The position numbers were made by a program, and so were the translations under genes. The notes beneath the pieces were generated by a model. It made no database searches and had not been told where the DNA came from. It saw nothing but the letters and a program-made list of their open reading frames with translations. A stretch of 64,000 bases of DNA from Octopus sinensis (lineage: Eukaryota): contig NW_021833086.1 of NCBI RefSeq assembly GCF_006345805.1, forward strand, positions 1-64,000, read 5' to 3'. How positions within the stretch are numbered: position 1 is the stretch's first letter; each line of letters opens with the position of its first letter. Positions 39,560 through 51,573 of the stretch are shown here, piece after piece.

Positions 39560-40270
39560 TGAGAGATAATACGAAACAGTTCCACATAAAAGATTGATGT
39601 ACTTACGAAAAAGTTACATATAACCTAAAACAGAGACCTTGAATGAGCGTCACGGGAAAAAGTGTTGAGAACAAACTACATTAAACACAGAAATAACCAT
39701 TCTTTGGAATAGAGCAAATGCAGAATGTGTAGTGAACCTAGAGACACAGTGTGGTATATTTTGCATCAAATTGGCTCGGAGGGGATATAAGAGAAAGCAT
39801 GACTATGTCTCTAGATTGGTTTTCTGGAGACTTTGTAACAAGTTTGGACTCAGAAGACAGCAGAATCGAAAAGAAAAGAGAGTGAAACGTTGAGATAAAG
39901 AGAGAAATCTAATAACTATGTTCAATGAAAGAGGCGTATATTGTGCAAATAATTTTTGGTGCCCTAGGTATAGTGAGCCAAGAAATTAAAATGTGCTGGG
40001 GAAAGATAGACATAAAAACAAAAAGAATATGGAGAAAACAGATTACTTGGCACTGCAAATTTAGTTCATACTAATTTAGTTCACAGGAAGCGAATAGCTA
40101 GTATGTTAATGACATTGTTCATTGAAAACTATATAAAAATATATGTAACTTGAATAGAGTTAATAGGTGAAACATCTACTGGAGCCGAAAATATGGGGTA
40201 ATGTTAAGTCGTGTGACATGAACATTCAAGGTGATCAAATGACATTGTTGTGGCCAATAAAAAGTAGAAA
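39560..40270 (+). mobile_element. highly degenerate R4/Dong-like fragment
   Basis: Remnants such as KCRMCSE…, GYKRKHDYVSRLVFWRLCNKFGL and …GALG parallel family B at 11150-11700. Confidence 0.5.
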
Positions 40271-41255
40271 AAGAACTCCACACCTAGGTGATATATTATA
40301 GCTTCGCATGAACGGTATTTTACAGATGGAAATTTGAAAATATAAATTTTTATTTAAAAAAAATTGAAAGTGTTCATAACATTTGTGAAATTCAAAGTCG
40401 ATGCACTCAAAAACATTTATAACATTCTACAATAAATCAACTCTAAGTAAAAACTTAAGCAAAAACTTCAATATCAAAAACAAAATAGAAACGTCTGAAT
40501 TTAATTAACTTGAAAATAGTCACATAGAATTCGCGGTTATCTCTTCCTTGCCATTGAATTAAATAAATAGATTATTCAAGAGACGATGTGATCCAGATAT
40601 CATCTTTAGGCAAAATAAATTTTCCTGTTGGTTTCGACTGTCGAATGAAACTAGCTAATAAATTTGGTGTGTGTGCAAGTCTTAGTAAACAGTTTCCAAT
40701 TGATCATACTGTAAGATGTATAGGAATTCATTATTTATTAAACGTCAGTAATTGAATATGCATTTACAATTATTGTCTTTCTTCAAATATGGTGGTTTGT
40801 CATGTATAAAGAGAGCACGAGCTGTGGCAGTTTTCAGCATATTTGATGTGGAGAATATTAAAAAAAAAAGGGTGTGGGGGTTAGAAATAACGTTAGCAGA
40901 CTGCAAGTTTATTTTTCAGTTTATCAGTAAAGACAGAAGGCAACTTCATGCATGTTTCTTCTTTTTCCTTTTTTGATTATGGTATCTTTCGCAAGGTACA
41001 TTTTTCAACTAAATTGCTGAATAAGTAGAGTTTATTTTCGTTTTCGCATTGCACGTATTAAGAACAAAAACTGACGGTATTCAAAATATGTTAGCATATA
41101 ATTATTGTTTAATTCCAGTTTTGACAAATATTATCCATCCATCCATCCATCCATTCATCCATCCATCCATACACATATACATACATGCATGTATGTATGT
41201 ATGTATGTATGTATGTATGTATGTATGTATGTATGTATGTATGTATGTATGTATG

Positions 41256-42144
41256 TTTATTTGTCAGAGCATTCTCAAAGGAGTTTGGTCAGAATAAATA
41301 CTGCTATATGGTTGCGAAAAAAATGAAAACTGTAAACCAGACGAGCAACATCTCCACCAATGACTTGACTGTTTTCCCTATATCTGATGAAAATGTTGCA
41401 GGTATCTAGGGGTGGATGAAAACATATCTTACAATGGCACCTGTAACAAAACACGAGTCACTAAAGAATATTACAACCGAATAAAGAGAATTAGGACCTC
41501 GGAACTCTCTGCATTCAATAAAACAGTGACCCACAATGTGTTTGCAGTGCCAGTATTCATTATCAACATTTGAGCTGCTAGATTGGACGCTTGCTGAGAT
41601 CCGAGTTATTGATGTGAAAACCCGGAAGATACTAACAAGCACACATAATTTTACGCATCAGCAGTGACATAGACCGCCTCTACCTAAAACGAAAACAAAG
41701 CGACAGAGGTTTAACATCGATCCAAACTGCCTTTGAAAGTCGTATCATATCCCTTCGGCAACATCTTTTAACCACAAAGTGTTTAAGTGCATCCCTTAAC
41801 CAAGTTTGCATACATGAGGCTGATAACATCAAAATACTTGGAAGGCAGCTCCTTCAGCAACATTCCTAGTCTGATAACCTTAAATACATTCCCAAATAAA
41901 TCGTACAACTCTACTGCAACATATCATCAGATGAAAGGATAAACGTGTATGAGCAGAAGACCATGCATGGATATGTTAGGAGAAAGCTCCGAGATGCTAG
42001 TAACATTAATCATCAAAGCAGTCTATCGTGGACCAATATCCAGATTACTACCTCCCACTTTGAAGAGTATGCGTTTGCAATCCAGGAAAAGGAAATTAGT
42101 TTAGATGTACTTACATCATGAAGTACATGAAGTATATATTTGTT

Positions 42145-42178
<34 letters not shown>

Positions 42179-43120
42179 GAAACAAAAATGCACATATACA
42201 TACATACATACATACATACTTACATACATGCATGCATGCATACATACATGCATACATACTTACATACATACATACATTCATACATACATACATACATACA
42301 TACATACATACATACATACATACATACATACATACATACGTGCATGTGGTATTTGGTTGATATTTCCAAGAACATGAAATATCCAAATACCTGACGCACA
42401 AATGGGACAGAGTTGCAGGAAGCAGCAAAATGTGACAACCGATGCAGTCATTGTGGAGCTATCATAAACAGTTGTTTGAAAATGTCATCACAGTATTAAC
42501 TATCGATTAGACAAGATGTTGTAGCTACGACATTATATTATGAAAGTCGTCGGAAAGATAACCTCGGAGACAAAGAAATAAGAACCCACAATATGGTAGA
42601 AGTCAAAGCCACTCATAATAAATAGGAGTTCTGGTGGTATGCCCCAGTGAAAACCTCAATAAAATGTAAACACGATAGACTGGTATAATGGTTTGGGATA
42701 GAGAAGAGAAACTAGAGTTGTGGAAATCAGATGTCCAGCGGATGTAAACATAAAACGGAAGATCAGTGAGAAAGAGAATACGTACTCTGAATTATTGAGA
42801 AATCTGTAGTTGCTCTATCCATATTGCAAGTTCAGGTTTGTACCTATAATCAATGGGGCACTGAGAAATGTAACGCACTGCCTAAACAGCGAACTTGAGA
42901 AATTAGGCTTTTCAAAACCAGAAAAGAGAAAGCTGATTCGAAGACAACAGATCCAAGCCATCAATGGAACTGTAAAAATCTGTAAAATTTACCAGAAGTT
43001 TATCATTTAAGTATATATGAACATGTCTAGATATACAAGTGAGAAGACATGAACATGTCTAGATATAGACGAGAAGACATACATAAAACAAAACATACAA
43101 ATCTACACATATACATACGT
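41256..43120 (+). mobile_element. R4/Dong-like family A, RT thumb through endonuclease and 3' UTR, interrupted by a (CA)n/(TACA)n block
   Basis: YLGVDENISY, DIDRLYLKRK, FAIQEKE, RLVxxVWDREEKL and PIINGAL…KICKIYQKFII*. Followed by (TACA)n. Confidence 0.8.
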
Positions 43121-43469
43121 ACATGCATACATGCATACACATACATACATACACATACATACATACATACATACATACATCATACATACATACATACATA
43201 CATACATACATACATACATACACACACACTCATGCATACATACATACATACATACATACATACATACATACACACACACTCATACATACATTCATACATA
43301 CATACATACATACATACATACATACATACATACATACATACATACATACATACATACATACATACATACAGATTTCCGCAAGTGTGCATGTATGATATCT
43401 ACTTCTCACAACATGACTTCGCAAGATATAAAATTACGCTCAGTTAATATAATGGCGGAACGATAAGTT

Positions 43470-43825
43470 TATACATAATAAGGGTTATGCTATAATGACC
43501 CCTTTGTTCATGAATGACCATGATATTGCACCTAGAAAGTTCCCGTCCGAACTACAAATCCGGGCAAGGTTGTTCATGGAAGACCAGCAGTCGCCCATGC
43601 ATGCCAGCCTCCCTTCTCCTCGCCACAGATATTATCCAAGGGTAAGGCAAAGGGGCCGATACAGCTTGGCACCTGACACGTCGCAACTAATTTCTACAGC
43701 TGAGTGAACTGGAGCAACGCGAAATAAAGTGTCTTGCTCAAGAATACAACACGCAGCCCGGTCTGGAAATCGAACTCACTATCTCATAATTGTGAGCCTG
43801 GCGCTCTAACCACTGAGCCATACTA
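43470..43825 (-). mobile_element. family 3 SINE with RTE-related body
   Basis: tRNA-like head ATGGCTCAGTGGTTAGAGCGCC…GAGTTCGATTTCCAGACCGGGC. Segment 43621-43673 resembles the RTE 5' UTR at 14412-14461. Confidence 0.75.
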
Positions 43826-43841
43826 TATGTGCAATACATCT

Positions 43842-43899
<58 letters not shown>

Positions 43900-44499
43900 G
43901 TGTGTGCGTGCGTGTCTGTCTGTGTTTGAGTGTCTGCATGTGTGTGTGTGTGCATATGTACATACATACATACATACATACATACATACATACACATATA
44001 CATACATACATACGTGTGTGTGAGTGAGTGTGTATGTGTGCGTTTTTAGAGTTTATGCTTACCATTGTGTCAAGTCTGTTTTCATTATTTAATATAATTT
44101 AGTGATTCTTTGAAAGAGAGCGGTTGATAAAAAAATACCAGACTGTAAGAGGAATCTGTAAAAGCTGATTGCATTTAAATGTCATTTTTTGTTCTTATTA
44201 AGAATTTTTTTGCCTTCCTTTTAAATCCTTTATATTTTGTTTGAAGCTATAAAGATTTTAATTGCGTCGACGTGTCGCTATTCTCCTGGATGAAGTAATT
44301 ATAGTTAATGTCATTCCATTGCAGTCATTTTTATGTTCTGTTTTATCGTTAATGTAACAATATACAACAAATACTCAATAAAACCAAACAAGGCATACAT
44401 AAACTTTATTATCCACAAACCAATGTAATTTTTGGCATATATGAACACGTTACCAAAAGAGAAAAAAAAAAAAAGAAACAGAATTATAAATAAGCGTTA

Positions 44500-44710
44500 A
44501 ATGTTGATTTCAAATTTTGGCAGAAGACCAGCTGTTACAGGGGAGGAGGCAAGTCGATTACATCAACCCCATTGCTCAGCTGGTACTTATTTTATCGATC
44601 TAGAAAGGATGAAAAGCCAAGTCGACTTCGGCGGAATTTGAACTCAGGACGTGAAGATGGATGAAATGCCGCAAAGCATTTTGCCAGGCGTGGTGCCGAT
44701 TCTTCATGCG
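44500..44710 (-). mobile_element. tRNA-SINE related to family 1
   Basis: GTCGATTACATCAACCCC…CTGGTACTTATTTTATCGATCTAGAAAGGATGAAAAG…GTCGACTTCGGCGGAATTTGAACTC. Confidence 0.8.
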
Positions 44711-45075
44711 CCAAATATTACACATATATAAAGACACGAAAGTCAATTTAAAAAAAATTAAACCCACTAGTAACAAACAACAAGCCAGCAAGCCACTGAC
44801 TTAATTTCGGCTGAATTATATAATTTACGCATTTGTACGCATTAATTGCAAGTTGTAAACATCGACTAGAGTATATATAAACAATATTTTTACGCCATAT
44901 TATTATGAATCTACAACAAAGGGCTAGCGCTAATCTTTACATCAAAAACATAGATCAAATCTTGTTAGCATACCATGTTCATATAATGAAAGTTATGATA
45001 TTTTTACAATATATTACAGGTACTATATACGGGATCATAACAGTGGAAAAGGCTCGAATTCCCGGCGCCAGTTTG

Positions 45076-45129
45076 TGACGTCAAATATCTATGGTAGTGA
45101 CACCAGTGACCAGAAAAATGGAAGTAAGT
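45076..45129 (+). promoter_or_regulatory. candidate promoter and first coding micro-exon (CRE motif, ATG GAA then GTAAGT donor)
   Basis: Palindromic TGACGTCA at 45076-45083 in a locally CpG-rich non-repeat patch. AAAATGGAA|GTAAGT has ATG at 45118-45120 and a consensus donor at 45124-45129. Motif evidence only. Confidence 0.25.
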
Positions 45130-46149
45130 TACAAAAATTATTATTTATTCTTTGTTAATTTTTGGGTGGAGGCCATTGATATTTTTAGGTCTTTTGTTTT
45201 ACACGCAGTGGACTACATTTCCTTTACAGACAACAAGGCTTAATTTGAGGGCGATTTTGTTACAATTTTTAACAAGTAGAGTGGCAGCGTAGAGAATTCT
45301 TTCCTGGTTAGATTTACTTAAGCCAAAGATTTCATGATAAATTTTAAGTAACTGGAAATTACGAAAATTTTACGATGTATTCTGGAGGAGAGATGTATTT
45401 TTACTTTTCGTAGAGGTCATTTTTCTTTATGGTATACTAATATGTTTTCTTTTCCGAATTGTATTAACCATTTTTATGGTGCAGACCATCACTAGTTTGC
45501 TTGGGCTCCCAATATTTTCTGGAATTTATCAAGCGGGGAGACAAAGTTCCTCTGAATGCAGTCAATTGTCAGTTAAATAAATAGAGCCATTACTACTAAA
45601 GTTAAAAACTAAGTTCTCCTTAAATTATACTTGTATTTAAGATGATTTTAAAGACAACGTTGTATAATTTGTATAAAAATCTATGCCTTATACTTAAAAA
45701 TAAAAAGAGGCTAGTCATTTTAGATCGGCTTAATAAATGTTGGTCTGGAACCGAACAACTCTGTGCACAAGGCAATGATGAACCGTCAATGTGATCATTT
45801 GATATGTTAGACATACCAGCTAAATATCCCTCTGATTTAAATAGAAAAAATGGCACATTTGATGATGTATAATATTAGTTTTTACTCTCAGTATCATACT
45901 TGTTGCACTATTTTTGTGTTGTTTTTGTTTTAATTTTATAAGAAAAGACTAATTTTATTCTTTCTTCCCAGTCTTAACCAAATAACTTTTCATCTCTTCG
46001 TGTCTTCTTTGTCTTAGTCGCTAAGCCTACATACACACATATATATGTGTATATATATGTGTATACATATATGTGTGTATATATATATATATATGATATA
46101 TATATATATATATACATACATACATATATGTATAATATATATATAATAC

Positions 46150-46183
<34 letters not shown>

Positions 46184-46195
46184 ATAGTATATATA

Positions 46196-46248
<53 letters not shown>

Positions 46249-46319
46249 TATATATATAATATACAATATATATATATATATATATAGTTTATATATATAT
46301 ATGTATATATATTATAACG

Positions 46320-46525
46320 TAAGGGGGATCAGCCATCTGAATGTGGCTAGGGACAGGGCGGGGTGGTGGGGGTGTTACTGATGCTTTTAGCCCAGGCGAT
46401 CATCAACGTCACCAGAAGGGCTGACACCATCTCAGTGTCCTTGTTTGCCTGCAAAGGGAGGTCATCCTCCCTCGAAGATACGAATACTACATACGGACGG
46501 TTTCGAGGTCATTGCCTCTTATCAA
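46320..46525 (-). mobile_element. Penelope-type terminal repeat remnant with degenerate hammerhead motif
   Basis: Minus strand 46525-46496 reads TTGATAA-GAGG-CAATGA-CCTC-GAAAC-CGTC, with a perfect 4-bp stem II and two core substitutions. Confidence 0.4.
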
Positions 46526-46541
46526 CATATATATATAGTAT

Positions 46542-46610
<69 letters not shown>

Positions 46611-46622
46611 ATATACACACAC

Positions 46623-46656
<34 letters not shown>

Positions 46657-46692
46657 GAATATATATATATATGTGTGTTGTGGTGTGGGATG

Positions 46693-46918
46693 CGGCACTT
46701 TGGTCTAAAAACACTACTTTGCTTTAAACCTCTTTGGTCTGAAAGCATTTCATCTATAGACAAAATAGTTATTAGACTAAAGTGAATTTAGAAAAAAAAT
46801 GTCTTTATACAAAAGGGCATTTAGACGAAAATATCTTTAGACTATAGTGTATTTATACAAAATCACTTTAGACCAAAGTTCTTTAGACCGAAGTGTTTTA
46901 GACGAAAATCCTAGATCC

Positions 46919-46919
<1 letters not shown>
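46693..46919. mobile_element. foldback-like MITE built from short subrepeats in opposite orientation in the two halves
   Basis: The left half has TTTGGTCTAAA/TTTGGTCTGAA and the right half has repeated TTTAGACCAAAGT/TTTAGACCGAAGT/TTTAGACGAAAAT. Termini are CGG…CCG. Confidence 0.5.
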
Positions 46920-46999
<80 letters not shown>

Positions 47000-47851
47000 T
47001 ATGTGTCTGTGTGTCTGTGTGTCTGTGTGTGTCTGTGTGTGTGTGTGTGTGTACTGTTGTTGTTAGGGATTTGCACTGTGTAGACGATACATTCACGTCC
47101 ACACACACACACACACACACACACACGCAGGCGCACGCGACAACACACATACATTCATACATACACACGTGGGTCTATGGGAGTATCGTCTACACGATGC
47201 TAACCCCTAACGAGTAACAGACGTATCCGATATTTATTGAAGCTACAGTAATACTGCATGTGTATATATCAACATATATGCGTATGCATGTATATGTGTA
47301 TGTACGTAAGTCTATATTGTAAGAATTTATGGCTTTTTCGACGTTTAGTAACGTAGACCAAGTGTACCGGGGATTACATGTACAAAATATAAATTATAAA
47401 AAGCTGTAAGTTTCCAAGCAGTTGTCCATAAATGTTTTCTTTCTCAATAATTTTGAATTAAAAGTTCACATCCGTTTGGCAACTGGCCTGCTGCACACCA
47501 AGGTATCTCTGTACTTGAAGCTGCAGGGGAATCAGACAGCTTTCCGTTGCTGGCTTGCCTTTAGTGAAAATTATTGCTTTGTCGACAAGTTTGTAAGTTC
47601 TGCTGTCAATTCTAGTTTTACGACATATTCTTCCTCTCGTATAATCATACAAAACAAAAGGAACTGAGAAATGAAGTATCAGAGTTTAGGGGAACTAATG
47701 GACGTAGCTTTAAACACTTTAAACCGGAAATATGGTTGTCTCTTTAACTTTAATAATTGTTATCAAAGAAAAAGATGGTGCAAAAAGAAACACACGCACC
47801 TACTCACACGCGTCTTCTTTTTCTCTTCCCTATAATATGCGTGTGCATGTT

Positions 47852-47902
<51 letters not shown>

Positions 47903-47945
47903 GTGAGTGAGTGCGCATATATATATATATATATACCACGCACTC

Positions 47946-47980
<35 letters not shown>

Positions 47981-48002
47981 ATATATATACACGCCACTCA
48001 TA

Positions 48003-48034
<32 letters not shown>

Positions 48035-48754
48035 ATATATATACGTGCATGTATATGTATGTATATATCCAATTATTGTATATGTGCATGTCTGTGTGAG
48101 TATGTGTGTGTTTTCTTGCGTGTTCGCATAGACATATTCAAAAAATGCGGGTCAAGAAATAGAGCAGAGAAAAAGAGATACATAGTGAGAGGTAGAGAAT
48201 AGACTAACACATATACACACACACACACATACACATACACACATTAACTGAATAGAGGAAGATTATTGGCATATAGCTATTTATTTTATATACACATTCA
48301 GAAAGAAGTAAACTAGTTAGTTTAATTTGCATAGCAGCGCACATGCGGTGACAACGTGGATTCATCATTAATTGTACAAAACTCAGCGTTCTTAGGATAA
48401 TTGGAAATCTGTGGTAGCATACCTTTTAGATACATACAACATTTGACCTAACTGTGAAAAAGAAACAAAACTGTTATGCACAAAAGTTTTATTTCTCGGT
48501 ATGCAGGAATGGACCAAATTGACTAGTTTCTAGTGTCGAAACCTACATCATAAACATAATAATTTCTGTATACATAGCCGTAGGAAGTTTATAGGTAGTT
48601 ATAGTGTACACGAACTTGAATAGAGCTTAAGTTGTGCTTAAATTCGTGCTGGAATTTTCACTTGCTCTACTTAGTATTATAAATTCTAAAACGCCTCTCT
48701 TCCTATAATAGCATTAATCTTAACAGTTATCATTTTAGCGGTAATTGCTTTGCG

Positions 48755-48900
48755 AAAGAATTGGATTATCGTGTTAATGTGTCGATAAACAATAGCACTC
48801 ACTTCAGATCCTACATAGGATTAACAAATAATAAATTCAAGATACATTTTTACAAGTATACACATTCCTTTAAGCACCTTGAAAAAATGATCTTTGATAA
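48755..48900 (+). mobile_element. Penelope-like GIY-YIG endonuclease remnant
   Basis: YRVNVSINNSTHFRSYIGLTNNKFKIHFYKYTHSFK contains the Y…YIG…FK…H…SF pattern. Confidence 0.55.
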
Positions 48901-49254
48901 GTTGCTCCTTGTACGTTTGGCTTTCACCCTAATCCTAATCCAACAGCATTCAAAATATATTGTTGTATTTTAGAGCACATTACACCATATCGATGCGAAT
49001 TTCTCAAGGATCCTTTCAAGAATCCACTGTAGTTCGTGATTTAAGTAAAAAGGAAAAGGAAAACTTTGATCTCATTTCAAGGCTCACGTGCATTAATTGA
49101 AAAAAGATCAGTCCTTAAATTTCAGTAGATACACTTCTAAATATTTGCTGTGTAATTTTCTGACTTCGAACGATTAATTTCCTTAATTTTTTCCCCTTCG
49201 ACAATCAGATTTTGCGCCGCCATTTTCTTACACAGTCCTTTCTAATTATTTTTC

Positions 49255-49615
49255 ATCTTTTATCTTTTAATTGTACTTCAGCCATATTGGACACTGTTCA
49301 GAAGGGTGTGGTCCAACGAATCACCCTTCTGGAACTAATGTTTTAAGTCTATTGAATGTGTCGAACTGCTAGGTTACAGGATCTGATATCAGTTGTCAAG
49401 CGGTGATAGGGGATAAATAATAACTCATACATACACCACAGGCTTCCACGTAGTTTCCATTTACCAAATTCTCCCCCAAAGCATTGATCGACTCGGATCT
49501 AACGTAAAAGATATATAGTAGAAGATACACGCTCGTGATGTCGCGTATTGGGAGTGAACCCGAAATTACGTGGTTGCAAAGAAAACTTCTTAACCCCACA
49601 GCTATGCCTGGCACC
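49255..49615 (-). mobile_element. degenerate family 4 SINE
   Basis: Diverged homolog of 49912-50284 (GTTGTCAAGC…AGGCTTC…AGTTTCC…TACCAAAT…GAACCCG…ACCACAGC). Confidence 0.6.
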
Positions 49616-49911
49616 GATGCTTTTAAATACTTTACCACTTGATTTGCAAATGACCCATCTTGTCCAATCTAGTTATTTCGAACATACACTTGATTTTACT
49701 TTTAAATTTTCGTTGTTAACATATTTCCTTCGAAATAATTTCTTTCTCTTTTCTCTCTTTTTCCTTCTCTGTGCTCTTATTTCTTTTCTTAATATCAGCC
49801 TATCTCTTTTTATTGTTTCCTTTTACTTTAGTAATTCTTTTATTTATTTTTCAATTGATCTTATTCTAACTTTCATATCTATGTATATCTCTCTTTTCTC
49901 TCTTTTACTTG

Positions 49912-50284
49912 TTTCAGTCATTTGACTGCGGCCATGCTGGAGCACCGCCTTTAGTCGAGCCCAGTACTTATTCTATTGTAAGCCCAGTACTTATTCTATC
50001 GGTCTCTTTTGCCGAACCGCTAAGTGACGGGGACGTAAACACACCAGCATCGGTTGTCAAGCAATGCTAGGGGGACAAACACAGACACACAAACGCACAT
50101 ACACACATATATATATATACGACAGGCTTCTTTCAGTTTCCGTCTACCAAATCCACTCACAAGGCATTGGTCGGCCCGAGGCTATAGCAGAAGACACTTG
50201 CTCAAGATGCCACGCAGTGGGACTGAACCCGCAACCATGTGGTTGGTTAGCAAGCTACTTACCACACAGCCATTCCTGCGCCTA
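49912..50284 (-). mobile_element. tRNA-derived SINE, family 4, with internal microsatellite
   Basis: Minus strand TAGGCGCAGGAATGGCTGTGTGGTAAGTAGC…GCGGGTTCAGTCCCACTGCGTGGCATCTTGAGCAAGTGTC gives A/B-box-like elements. Includes an 18-bp internal duplication (GCCCAGTACTTATTCTAT twice). Confidence 0.85.
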
Positions 50285-50555
50285 TATATTTGTTTGTTAT
50301 TTCTCACCTTATACACTCGCTATTTCCATGTTTTAAAAAATATTTTTTATACATCTTTATACAAATTGTATTCTTCTTTACTGTTTCCTCTTTTCCTTTC
50401 CTCCTTTTTTCTACTCTTCCCTAAATCGACATATGTCACCATCCCCGTCCCCTTTATCTTTTTTGCGTCACAACATATCCCATCAAAATTTGCCTTGATT
50501 TTCTAATATTTCTAATACTGAGCGTTCTCAGTGATAAAAACTTCGATTTTCGATG

Positions 50556-51479
50556 AGTTTAGATGTGTACATACATATCTATTAACCATATTTGTACACA
50601 CACATACACACAAAAACGCACATATACATACATACATACATACATACATACATACATACATACATACATACATACATACATACATACATACATACATACA
50701 TACATACATGTGGTATTTGGCTGATATTTCAAGGAACAGGAAATATCATCCAAATACCTGATGCAAAAAAGGGATAGAGTTGCTGGAAAAGCAGCAAAAT
50801 GTGACAACCGATGCAAAGATATCACCCACATCATAAGCAGTTGTCCAAAAATGTCATCACTGTTTTATCTACCGATGAGACATGATGTTGTAGCTACGAC
50901 ATTATATTATGAAAGTCGTCGGAAAGATAACCCCGAATACAAAGAAATAAGAACCCACAATATGGTAGCAGCCATAAACACTCATAATAAACATGAGTTC
51001 TGGTGGTATGTCCCAGTGAAGACCTCAATAAAATGTAAACACGATAGACTGGTATAATGGTTTGGGATAGAGAAGAGAAACTACAGTTGTGGAAATCAGA
51101 TGTCCAGCGGATGTAAACATAAAACGGAAGATCAGTGAGAAAGAGAACACGTACTCTGAATTATTGAGAAATCTGTAGTTGCTCTATCCATATTGCAAGT
51201 TCAGGTTTGTATAATATTGTAGCATGGGATATGTAACACACTGCCTAAATACCGAACTTGAGAAATTAGGCTTTTCAAAACAAGAAAGAAGGCTGATTCG
51301 AAGACTACAGATCGAAGCCATCAATGGAACTGTAAAACCTGTAAAACGTTCCCGAAGTTTATTATTTAAGTATATATGAACATGTTTAGATACAGAAGTG
51401 AGAAGACATGAGCATATCTAGATATAGACGAGAAGACATACATAAAACAAAACATATAAATCTACACATATACATACGT
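50556..51479 (+). mobile_element. R4/Dong-like family A 3' part, paralog of 42098-43120
   Basis: KCDNRC…DITHIISSCPKMSSLFYLPMRHDVVA plus endonuclease remnant, carrying the same lesions as the 42-43 kb copy. Confidence 0.8.
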
Positions 51480-51573
51480 GCACTCAAATATACATACATA
51501 CACATATATAAATTCATACATACATACATACATACATACATACATACATACATACATACATACATACATACAT

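Noticed and set aside
47422-47667. Short ORFs and a possible 38-nt exon (AG|TTCACATCC…CCAAG|GTATCT)
   Set aside because: The splice signals are weak and no frame gives a recognisable peptide.
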